A DNA stretch of 32,000 bases from Candidatus Saccharimonadota bacterium. GTDB taxonomy: Bacteria; Patescibacteriota; Gracilibacteria; BD1-5; UBA2023. The notes under the pieces are model-generated. The model ran no database searches and had not been told where the DNA came from. It saw nothing but the letters and a program-made list of their open reading frames with translations. The DNA lies in assembly GCA_042852035.1 (NCBI GenBank), contig BAAFHK010000001.1:570001-602000 (forward strand), written 5' to 3'. Positions 21,516 to 31,120 of the stretch are shown here, piece after piece. The number at the start of each line of letters is the position of its first letter. Within the stretch, counting starts at the first letter, position 1. Both the position numbers and the translations under genes were made by a program.

Positions 21516-22037
21516 TTATACTCGAATTTTTGTTACTTTTTCCCCATATCTCTCGTTTTTTGAGGTGATATTCTTTGATGCAATGGTAAGTCCAGCAAGA
21601 ACGAGCCAGAATCCAAAAAATCACAACCAGAAATCCGTATCAACCACACTTGGCTGTGTGGAGCGAGTTGAATTAATGATATCAATAGCTGATAGTTCTC
21701 AAGAAATTGATGTTGATGGTGCAGCTGGATGACTTGCGATATCTGTTTCTATAAAAAACCACGAAAGCATCAACATAACCACTCCAAAACCAACTTGTGT
21801 CCATTTCCAAAGCTTTTTTCGCATAATTCCTGGATCAAAAATTCATCGAATAAATCAGATAACAGGGAAGACATAAAGTATATTAAGGGCAAATTGAGGA
21901 ATTTGAGGATATTCCCAACTCGTCTTATCTAAGCCAAAATATATTACCCCTAGGAGTATAGTGGCAAAAACGATTCTTACGATGCGAATATTACGATCGG
22001 TTGGTTTTGCACGAAGTGTTTCGATGAGCTTAAGCAT
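21516..22037 (-). CDS. Membrane protein, unknown function (173 aa)
   Basis: Track ORF 21855..22037 extends through TGAs to TAA at 21516-21518. Hydrophobic segments include IVRIVFATILLGVIYFGL, VGFGVVMLMLSWFFI and FWLGFFGFWLVLAGLTIA. Confidence 0.6.
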
Positions 22038-22098
22038 ATAGATTTTGATACAATAACGAGCTAAAGTATAGGTAAATAGTTAAGGAATTCAACTCGTT

Positions 22099-22125
22099 TT
22101 GCATTTTTAATCATTTCCCTATAAT
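22099..22125 (+). promoter_or_regulatory. Candidate ftsK promoter whose -10 box abuts the start codon (possible leaderless mRNA)
   Basis: TTGCAT (22099-22104), a 15 nt spacer, then a perfect TATAAT (22120-22125). The ATG at 22132 lies 6 nt after the -10 box and there is no Shine-Dalgarno sequence. Confidence 0.4.
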
Positions 22126-22131
22126 AACCCT

Positions 22132-24309
22132 ATGGCAAAAAGAAAAACGAGAACAAATTCCCCCTTCCTTACCTATGAGTTTCAAAATATCCTCGCATGA
22201 GGAATTTTGGTGACACTCGGCTTTCTAATGTTTCTTTCAACCAAAGAATCTTCAGTTATTGGGTGATACCTTGCTGAGGCTGGAAAGGTTATTTTTGGAA
22301 AATATTACCGATGGACCTCTGCACCAATACTTGTTATCCTTGGTATTATGATCCTTGTAAAAAAAGCAAGCTGGTCTGCTTCGAGAGCGGTAGGAATACT
22401 TCTATTTTATATTACAAGTTCTTCACTCATTGGTTGGTATACAAAATCTGTATCTGGATATCTTGATATCTACAAGCCTCTTGAAGAATATCTCGGAAAA
22501 TCAAGCGCATTTCTTGCAATTCTCGCTGCCTGGTTCGCGAGTATCTATCTAACACTACGTATATCATATCGGACTATTCTCTCAAAGGTCCGAGAATCAG
22601 TCCCATCATTTCGAGAAGTCCGAGAATCCGTACTACCATCTCGAGAAGAAAGTTATGAAGAAGAGGCTCCTCAAAAACGATCAAAAGGGGATGATGCCTA
22701 TAAAAAGAAGGCTGAAGAGCTTGAAAAGAAACTCGAAAGCATACAAAAGACTCGCGAAAAATCATGAGAAAAACCTCCCGTGAATGGAAAGACCATTATT
22801 GGAAATGCACTTGCTTCTCTTACGAAAAAAATTCCACTTGAAACCAATGATGGAAAAGTTATAGAGCAAAAACCAAAGCATAATGTTGATTTTTGAACAT
22901 GGGATTTCCCGAGCGTCAAACTTCTAAATGAAATTGAGCATCGTTCCATAGTTTCCCCCGAAGAAATCGAAGAAAAATCAATACTCATAGAAAAAACACT
23001 TCTTCAGTTTGGCATCGATGTTGAGATGGAAGGAGAAAGTGTTGGTCCTACCGTAATTCAATATCGACTCCGGCCAAGCGAATGAGTGCGTCTATCAAAG
23101 ATTGAAAGCCTCAAAAAAGATCTTACTCTCGCACTAAAAGCAAAATCTATTCGTATCCAAGCGCCGATTCCAGGGCTAGGACTTGTGGGGATTGAAGTTC
23201 CAAATGAAAAGCGCGATATTGTTTGAGTAAAAGAGGTACTTTCCGATGAGGCATTTTCTCATCATAAATCCCGTCTAGCACTCGCAATGGGGAAAGATAT
23301 CAATGGTGATTATATTACCTGAGATCTCGCAAAAATGCCTCATCTTCTCATCGCATGACAAACTGGATCTGGAAAATCAGTCGGGATGAATGGATTTATT
23401 CTCTCTCTCCTTTTTAAGAATACCCCGAGCGAGCTTCGTATGATTATGGTTGATCCGAAACAGGTAGAACTTGGAGTGTACGATGGAATTCCACATCTTC
23501 TTACGCCTGTTATAAATTCACCTGATAAAGCACTCAATGCTCTCAAATGGGCAGTTGCTGAGATGGAACGTCGCTATAGCACGCTCAAACCCGTGAATGC
23601 GAGAAATCTCGAAGAATATAATGCGAAGGTTTCTCCAAAAGATCGCATGCCCGTAATTGTTATCATTATCGATGAACTTGCTGATCTCATGATGAGCGGA
23701 AATAAAAAAGAGGTTGAAGCAGCCATAACTCGCATCGCCCAAAAGGCTCGTGCTGTCGGACTACATATGATTCTCGCGACACAAAGACCTTCGGTTGATG
23801 TTATCACGGGACTCATTAAAGCCAATGTTCCTTCTCGTGTCGCATTTACAGTGGCTTCACAGGTTGACTCTCGAACCATTTTAGATTCTATCTGAGCCGA
23901 GGATCTCCTTGGGCGTGGTGACATGCTCTACTTCCCAACTGGTGCTATGGCAGCAACACGCGTTCAGTGAGTTCTCGTAGAAACAGATGAAGTTGAACGA
24001 GTCGTCAATCACATCAAACGTACCATTGATCCAGCAATGCTTGAGGAAATATATGATAATACTATTGTTGAATGAGATCGAGGAAACTGGGAGGGAAGTA
24101 GCGGAGGAGGAGACTATGGAGATGAAGATCCAAAAATTATCGAAGAAGCTATCGAGCTCGTACGAAGCAGTGGTAAATGTTCAACCTCTATGCTTCAACG
24201 TCACTTAAAGCTTGGGTATGGTCGCGCAGCTCGTGTGGTGGATATACTTGAAGGGATGGGGATTGTTGGCCCTGCGGATGGCTCAAAACCGAGGGAGGTG
24301 ATTGGATAA
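22132..24309 (+). CDS. ftsK: DNA translocase FtsK/SpoIIIE
   Basis: It has N-terminal TM helices and a charged linker. Walker A is [16 protein letters not shown] (the G is TGA at 23356-23358). Walker B is [12 protein letters not shown], followed by [15 protein letters not shown]. The C-terminal gamma winged-helix reads [31 protein letters not shown]. Track ORFs 22348..22767 and 23386..23895 are in this frame. Stop is TAA at 24307-24309. Confidence 0.93.
22588..22647. repeat. Tandem 30-nt duplication inside the ftsK linker
   Basis: GTCCGAGAATCAGTCCCATCATTTCGAGAA is followed directly by GTCCGAGAATCCGTACTACCATCTCGAGAA, encoding [10 protein letters not shown] / [10 protein letters not shown]. Confidence 0.7.
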
Positions 24310-24832
24310 TTCTATCTACAAGGAATGAGAGTCAGAATTTTAGATGATCTTTCCCTAAAGGAAATTGTACTTCATGCTCTACATTATGATCAAGAAGTAC
24401 AACACTCCCATCTTGAATAGGGTATTTTTTTTTATCATTACCTTCACCAATAACAAAAACTCATCCTTCATGTCCATAAAGTGGAACGAACACAAAAGAA
24501 CAATCATCTATGCGCATCTTCGTAAAACCAACTGGAATTTCAGTGTCATCATGCGCATCAACTCTCCTATAACAAATAAGGGAATTCACATTTGCATAAC
24601 GCTTAGCAAGTCTTAATCATACTTTTGCTAATACTCTATCAATCTGCACCATCTGTTCATGAGTAAAATTTGGTTGTGCATAGAGCCACCTTGAGTCTAC
24701 TCATCGCGTATTCTTATGAATAATTCAGAGTGTCATTATCTGGTTTGCAAAAAGAGATTTGAGCATCTGGAGTAACCTTGGAGACAGTGGACGATTACGA
24801 AGAACTGCAACACCATCTGGAGATTTAAGCAT
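24188..24832 (-). CDS. AlkB-like 2-oxoglutarate/Fe(II)-dependent oxygenase; the 3' tail overlaps the ftsK 3' end
   Basis: It shows an HxD...H pattern: RRVDAHDDTEIPVGF ... FVFVPLYGHEGGVFVIGEG ... DGSVVLLDHNVEHEV ... KFGLSFLV, where the last strand resembles the RxxLTFR strand of AlkB-type enzymes and its G is TGA at 24332-24334. The first TAA/TAG in frame is TAG at 24188-24190, 122 nt inside ftsK. Confidence 0.55.
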
Positions 24833-24833
24833 A

Positions 24834-25658
24834 TTATAAACAAGTTAAGATTATTTGCGATCCAGCATAATTCACTACTATCTCATCCACATTAGATATT
24901 GAGTCTCCAACGATTTTATAAACCTCATGAGATACCCCCTTTACAAAAGGAATAACAAGTTTCGCTCATTTTTCCTGAGTAAGGAGAGTTTTATCTACAA
25001 GTTGTGTAATAAAGGAAACAAGAAGACTTGCTTGCTTCTCGTGTTTAAGCTTTTCTCTTAATCGGAAATCTGATTCAGGTGGAGGCGCCTCTTGAAATGG
25101 TACTCTCTCATCATAAAAATTAACATCTGAAAGGAGCATACTCACACTTTCTTTTGTTTCTTCTATAGTCAAAAGCCCTGAGAAAACATTAACCTCTTCT
25201 TTATTCGGAAGGTTTCCATAAACGATTTTCGAATTTGCTTCGTAATCTTCAACTCAAAATGCAAGAGAATATTTAAGCGCTTTCATAAAAAAATTAGGAT
25301 TAACTCCAGCTATACGAGCAATTTCAGATCTTGTTTGACGTGAAAGCTCTAATGAATCACTAGAAATCCCGTCAATCAATCATCCTACTCCATCTGCAAG
25401 TCTTTTGGTGTCATTGGAGTCCCTATTAAGGGCTATATTTTGGATATTATAATTTTGCATTACCCTCCTTGTTCTCGCTTGCGTTATAGCAAGACGCACT
25501 GGAACTCATCAAACGTTTATTTCTTTTGACATTCAGGGCTGCATACCATCAAGCATATCAAGAAGATCCTCAACAACATCCGAAAAGGTAAGCGTCCTCT
25601 TTGCTGCAACATATTCAACGGTATTACAGGGAAGAATATTTAAAAAATCAAGCTTCAT
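24834..25658 (-). CDS. Hypothetical protein with a central helix-turn-helix-like segment (274 aa)
   Basis: The frame of track ORF 24966..25172 extends through TGAs from ATG 25656-25658 to TAA at 24834-24836. LSRQTRSEIARIAGVNPNFFMKALKY resembles an HTH DNA-binding motif. The stop is 1 nt from the start of the oxygenase gene. Confidence 0.5.
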
Positions 25659-25743
25659 GCAGGCTAATATAAAGCTCGACAAATACGTGCTTGTTACTTG
25701 TCATGATTTAATGGCTGATTGGAGGCTAATTTTTGCTCGAAAA

Positions 25744-25757
25744 TAGGTTGATCAACC
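25744..25757. promoter_or_regulatory. Perfect 14-bp palindrome AGGTTGATCAACCT in the intergenic region upstream of the HTH-like gene (operator candidate)
   Basis: It is its own reverse complement, centred on TGATCA, and lies 86 nt upstream of the 25658 start. A second perfect palindrome with the same core, CCGTTCCTGATCAGGAACGG, lies at 25887-25906. Confidence 0.35.
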
Positions 25758-25799
25758 TGCTATAGCGGACTCAAAGAAATACACGGCTTCGGAAAGATT

Positions 25800-26258
25800 G
25801 TATGTATTGGGAGGGGGATATCCATGCCAATTTCTTTCAGGAAAAGCGACATGTGCAGGATAAATTGAGGTTCTGAATTTCACAGCCCGTTCCTGATCAG
25901 GAACGGAAAAAAATCAAGCATCTCGAGACATATAAAACCTTCAAAGAAAGACTTGTGCAAGTGATACAACATCAGGATTTTTTTGTGCGAGCGATCGAAA
26001 ATAGACCACATCATCCGTATCGAAAGCAAGTCCTGATTCCTGTATTATACTAAAATCAAGAGTGGCAAAAAATTTTAAAACTTCAGGGAACGTCTGAATA
26101 GTATCAGAAAAAAGGCTCCATAATCGCGAATATCTTTCTCTATGTCCACTCATCGAAAGCGCAACTTCAAGATCACGACTAAATACAGCATAATCAATGA
26201 CGCTTGCTCGCAATTTCCTATTAATATAACCACTAGAAGAATTAAATCTATTATCCAT
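25800..26258 (-). CDS. Hypothetical protein (152 aa)
   Basis: Track ORF 25941..26258 reads through TGA at 25941-25943 and one more TGA to TAA at 25800-25802. No family recognised. Confidence 0.5.
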
Positions 26259-26280
26259 ATATAATATGTATAGTCAATAT

Positions 26281-26308
26281 TTGCATATTATATAATTATT
26301 TCTATACT
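26281..26308 (+). promoter_or_regulatory. Candidate map promoter
   Basis: TTGCAT (26281-26286), a 16 nt spacer, then TATACT (26303-26308), about 20 nt upstream of the map ATG. Confidence 0.4.
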
Positions 26309-26328
26309 GCAAATGAAATTTATAAAAT

Positions 26329-27111
26329 ATGTGAAAAATTCTTATCAAAACCCCGGAACAAATAGAGGGCATACGAAAGGCGTGAAAACTTACAGCAATG
26401 ACTCTTGATATGATTGGTGCCTATGTAAAGCCGGGAATCTCCACCCTCGAGCTCGATAATATCATGAACGCTTTTATCATAAAAAATGGATGAATTTCAG
26501 CATGCATCGACTATCTTGGAAATAATAAGTACGGAAAATCACCGAATGCCTATAAACGATGTACTTGCATATCCTTGAATGACGTTATCTGTCATGGAGT
26601 GCCGAGAACTGATGAAATTCTGAAAGAGTGAGACATTCTCAATATTGATGTCACTACCATTGTTGATGGATATTTTTGAGATGCCTCTCGCATGTACACC
26701 GTAGGAGCCCTATCAGATCAGGCAAAAAAAATCATAGCAGTCACAAAACGAGCATGGGAAATTGGAATAGAACAAGTTCGCCCAGGAAATTATTTCTGAA
26801 ATATTGGATATGAAATTGCGAGATACGCAGAAGGGGAATGATGTTCTGTAGTACGAGAATACACCGGACATGGAGTGGGAGTTCAGTTTCATGAAGAACC
26901 CTATGTCTACCATAAAGCCGAGAAAAATAGCGGACCAAAAATGCAACCTGGAATGATTTTCACTATAGAGCCCATGATTAATCTTGGAAGATATGCTACA
27001 AAGATTGATAAAGATAACTGGACTGTACGAACCAAAGATGGATCCCTCTCGGCTCAATTTGAGCACACAGTGCTCGTAACAGAGACAGGATATGAGATAC
27101 TTACAAAATAA
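26329..27111 (+). CDS. map: Methionine aminopeptidase, type I
   Basis: MGKILIKTPEQIEGIRKAGKL (two TGA glycines), CHGVP, NIDVTTIVDGYFGDASRMY, EYTGHGVGVQFHEEP, MIFTIEPMIN and SAQFEHTVLVTETGYEILT include the metal-ligand D, D, H, E, E pattern. Stop is TAA at 27109-27111. Confidence 0.93.
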
Positions 27112-27122
27112 CTTGCGAATGC

Positions 27123-27410
27123 ATGAAGTATACCATGTATGATCTCATGAAAGTGCTGAATTTCAAAGGATACTCGATATTTGACTAAAGAGCTTATGGC
27201 TTCAGGTGAAAGAATGACATATTGAACTGTCAAAAATAATTCGAAAAAGGTGTATATATTAGCTCGATAAAGAAATCCAAGTCGCTCGATGAGTTTCTTG
27301 AGAAAAGCTCGAACCCAGATTATTTGTGGTATATTATTCTACCAAACACTCCAACTATAACAAGCTTTTCTTCTGTAAACATTTCTCAATCTAAAAAATC
27401 TTTTTTATAG
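27123..27410 (+). pseudogene. Possible decayed small nuclease-like gene (Hjc/restriction-endonuclease-fold-like) with two in-frame TAA codons
   Basis: A single frame reads MKYTMYDLMKVLNFKGYSIFD*RAYGFRGKNDILNCQK*FEKGVYISSIKKSKSLDEFLEKSSNPDYLWYIILPNTPTITSF...SKKSFL*. The TAA codons are at 27186-27188 and 27237-27239. The segment after the second TAA has no start codon of its own. The family resemblance is weak and by eye. Confidence 0.25.
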
Positions 27411-27412
27411 TT

Positions 27413-27859
27413 TTATCAGACCCTCTCCCATCTCTCAATCTTTATTCTAGCTACTTTTACAGAAAGGGAAAGGGACTCATCGATTTTTATCTCATTGAGA
27501 AGTTTTGCTGCAAAATCAAGTATTGCCCTTCTTTCATGGGGCTGATTTACGATCGCGATGCGTATTGTTTCGAGCAAAGAAGAGAGAATTGATGACTTGC
27601 CTTCTGTAGCCTCAGATAAACGCCGAGAAAAAATCGTCACAATTGGTCCAGCTTCCATACAGTCATAATTTGAACAGACATCCTGAAAACCAAGATGTCA
27701 TTTCCATTTTTTATATATTCGACAGCGGTTCTTTATATCGAGGTATCCGCATTTTTGTCATGCTTGTTTTATATGTTTACCAGTATTAGAGTCAAATATA
27801 TCGTAGACGCGACAACAAAGACCATCACATCGCTCACACATCGTATCCGCCGTAGGCAT
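27413..27859 (-). CDS. YkgJ-family (CxxCxxGxCC) putative zinc/iron-chelating protein
   Basis: MPTADTMCERCDGLCCRVYDIF... carries the CxxCxxxCC signature of the UPF0153/YkgJ family, with further Cys residues (CGYLD, NRCRIY, CSNYDC). Track ORF 27416..27658 is its C-terminal part. One terminal TGA is read through to TAA at 27413-27415. Confidence 0.62.
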
Positions 27860-27961
27860 AGTTCATAAATAAAAAAATAGGAACTATAGATATTGGGGAA
27901 TATTTATCAGGCTTTTTGCTTTAAATGGACTTTAAAAGGAAATACTGGAAACAAAGAAGAG

Positions 27962-29365
27962 CTAATGAAAGAATTTAATTCTATCAGCACTTGGATGCGT
28001 TCGAAGTTTTTCGAGTGTTTTAGCCTCAATCTGACGAACACGTTCACGTGTAACACCAAATTCTCGACCTACTTCTTCAAGTGTATGCATCTCACCACCA
28101 TCAAGACCAAATCGCATAACAATAATTTTCTTTTCGCGAGGCGTAAGAAAATCAAGCATATCGTAGAGATTTTCTTTTAGAATCGAGAGATTCGTTGCTT
28201 TTTCTGGTGTGAGGTACTTATCATCTTCAACGAAATCACCAAGAGTTGTATCTTCCTCGCCACCAACAGGGGAGTCGAGAGAGAGGATATCTTGTGATAT
28301 TCTCATAATTTGACGCACCTTTCGAACATCCATCTCAAGCTCAAGTGCAAGCTCCTCCATGAGAGGTTCACGCGCAAGTTCTTGTGTAAGGCGACGATAG
28401 GTATGATTAAACTTATTTATTGTTTCGACCATATGAACTGGAACTCGGATAGTACGAGCCTGATCAGCAATGGCACGAGTTACTCCCTGACGAATCCACC
28501 ATGTTGCATAGGTTGAAAATTTAAATCCTCGATCAGGATCAAACTTATCCACCGCACGGAAGAGTCAAACATTTCACTCTTGAACGAGGTCAAGTAAGCC
28601 AAGACCACGACCCATATATTTTTTTGCAATCGAAACAACGAGACGAAGGTTTGCTTCAGCAAGTCGTTTTCGTGCCTCTTGATCTCACTTCTGAATAAGT
28701 CGACCAAGTCGAACTTCCTCTTCGGCATCAATAAGAGGGAATCGTCCTATCTCATTGAGATACATTCGAATCGAGTCGTCAGAAATTTCAGAGAGATCAA
28801 CTTCTTCTTTTTTCTTTCCAGCATCTTTAAACATCTCCTCATTGTCGAGAGAATCAACGAGTTCTACCCCAAGCTTTGCAAGTCGTGAAAACACCTCATC
28901 CATAAGCTCAATATCATCCCCAGGAGGAAGTGCTCACATGACCTCATCATAGACAAGCTTTCCCTCAGACTTTCCTTTTTTAAAGAGAAGTTGCATTGGC
29001 TCTGGCATGCCATCAAGAAATTCTTCTGGAACGGTAACATCAAGAAACTTTTTTAAATTCTTTTTTCTACGCTTATCTGTAAAAAAATCTTTTGGTCCTA
29101 CATATCCATCTTCAGTTTTTTCTTCTGATGCACCCTCTTCCTCAAAATCAAAATCATCATCAAAATCATCATCAAAATCATCATTAGTTTCCGAATCGGA
29201 AGGAAATTCTTCCTCTTCATGGGTATGAATTTCTTTTTTATTCTTAGAATCAGTGACTGATTTTGGTATAGTGTCCAGTGGTATGTTAATTGCATCAATA
29301 TCTATTGCAGCAAGATCTATTTCTTCCACTGCAGTATCTTTTGGGGGTTGTTTTTTTGAAGCCAT
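27962..29365 (-). CDS. rpoD: Primary RNA polymerase sigma factor (sigma-70 family)
   Basis: Track ORFs 27962..28552, 28685..28903 and 28934..29365 share one frame. Region 1.2 is [21 protein letters not shown]. Region 2 is [54 protein letters not shown] (TGAs at 28574-28576 and 28565-28567). Region 4 is [28 protein letters not shown]. Stop is TAG at 27962-27964. Confidence 0.95.
29149..29184. repeat. Three perfect 12-nt tandem units (CAAAATCATCAT) in the acidic N-terminal region of rpoD
   Basis: On the minus strand they encode [13 protein letters not shown] partial fourth unit lies at 29143-29148. Confidence 0.75.
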
Positions 29366-29374
29366 GATAGTGAG

Positions 29375-31081
29375 CTATTGGTTATATTTTCAAATGACAC
29401 TCGGAGAGAGTCAAAACGAGAGAGCCTTTTGAATAAGTTGGTTATGATGTTCAAAAGTATAACATCATGTCTCTATGGCACGTTTTTTCTCTAAGACAAG
29501 GAGCTCTATGTGAAGATGCTTAAGGAGGTCTAAGAATACTTTTCGTATTTGGGACATATCTTCATCAGGATGTATCGACTCCAAGTGAAGGGACAAGATT
29601 TTGAGTCGCTCTTCTTCTTCAGGATCAAGATTTTCCTGATTTATAACGTGAGATAATAGCGAAAAAATCCCTTCATGGGGAAAGTCGGCTAGAGTATACT
29701 GAAATTCTTGAGAAAACAAGGAGAAAAGTGAATATCTGAAAATATATCATGCAAGAAGCTCAGTTGGAGTGAATGATTCCTTTTGTAACTCCTCATTTTG
29801 AGATATTTTTTTATAGTAACTCTTTGTATCTCGGGCAAAATTTCATTTTTTATATTCTATCTGGATTGCGTCCTTTGAGACTCAAAGGCTTGAAGCAATT
29901 TCATTCATATGCATATCGATTTCGATTTGGGATTTCAATGAAAGAAGAAAGATTAAGCATTTTTCTATAAGTTTCTTTTTTCCGATAATTGTTGTTAAAT
30001 CAACTTCTCGACCTCATTCTTTGAGATAAAAGCCAATTGGAGAAAGTGCAGATCACCTAAGATCGCCAAATATACCTCATGATTTAATGAATTCATCTGG
30101 ATCTTTTCCATTTGGAATTTCCATAATTCTTACCTCAATATCTTCATTTGCAAGAGACTCAATGGAAAGAAAAGTAGCCTTCACTCAGGCGTCATCACTA
30201 TCAAGACACAGGTAAATGGTTTTAGCAAATCGTTTTAGGATATGAATATGTTCTTTTGTTAAGGCTGTTCAGCTTATTCATACAGCATTTTCAATTCATG
30301 CCTGATGAAGAGAGATGGTGTCCATTTGCCCTTCAACAACATAGGCCTCACCTGTTTTTGATATAGCTTGCTTAGCAAGATGGAGGCCATAGAGTGTAGA
30401 GCTCTTATCAAATATTTTTGATGCTGGAGAATTGAGGTATTTGGGGAGCGCACTATCAAGAACACGACCAGTAAATGCTACTACATGACCCATACTGTTA
30501 GCAATAGGGTAGGTAATACGCCCAAAGAATTTATCCCGTCATTCAGAAATAAAGATGCCTGAATCAATAAGGAATTGTGGACTAAATCATTTTTCCTTAA
30601 GATAATACCATAAATCCCTCGGGGAAGTGGAACAACCGAGTTGAAACTTTTTTATCGTTGCATCGCTGATTTTTCTCTCTTGCAAATATTGGAGATAACG
30701 CTTATTTTCTTCTTTGTAGAGCGATTCATGGTACCATTGTGCAGTTATTCGATAGAGGGCATAGATATCGCCTCCAGCCTCAGCTTTCTCTTTTTGAAAA
30801 TCTACCTTGAGCTCTACTCATGCCTCCTTTGCAAGAACTTGAATAGCTTCACGAAATTCAATCTTCTCCATTTCCATCAAAAACTTAATAGGTCCACCCC
30901 CTTTCCCACAAGAGAAACAGTGTGCAATATTTTTTTGTGGAGAAATAATAAATGATGGAGATTTTTCATTATGAAACGGACAGAGCGCCTTATAATTCAC
31001 TCCCGCTTTCTTTACATCCACATATCGACCAACGATATCAAGAATGTTGACCCTAGATTCTATATCTTGAGAGAGAGACAC
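29375..31081 (-). CDS. dnaG: DNA primase
   Basis: Track ORFs 30818..31081, 30296..30493 and 29465..29719 are in one frame with only TGAs between them (checked). The CHC2 zinc finger is CPFHNEKSPSFIISPQKNIAHCFSCGKGGG. TOPRIM motifs are VVEGQMD and LCLDSDDAG. The start is GTG at 31079-31081, the first start after an upstream TAA. The terminal TGA at 29465 is read through to TAG at 29375-29377, 9 nt before the rpoD ATG. Confidence 0.92.
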
Positions 31082-31120
31082 GATTTTTAGTTAAAAATTT
31101 AAGAAGATTAAAAAAGCACT

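Noticed and set aside
23518-23924. Minus-strand ORFs 23518..23742 and 23574..23924
   Set aside because: They are antisense to the FtsK motor domain.
27112-27338. Long minus-strand frame open across the map-downstream gap and into the antisense of map
   Set aside because: I saw no ATG or GTG start in the stretch I translated, and no motifs. Open antisense frames are expected more often when only two stop codons exist.
10178-27412. Search of the non-coding gaps (10178-10446, 21061-21515, 25659-25799, 27112-27412) for tRNA genes (including a hoped-for tRNA-Gly-UCA), rRNA, CRISPR repeats or IS ends
   Set aside because: I saw no T-loop (GTTCRANYC) with flanking stems, no cloverleaf, no regularly spaced direct repeats and no terminal inverted repeats with a transposase. 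By-eye scanning cannot exclude divergent elements.
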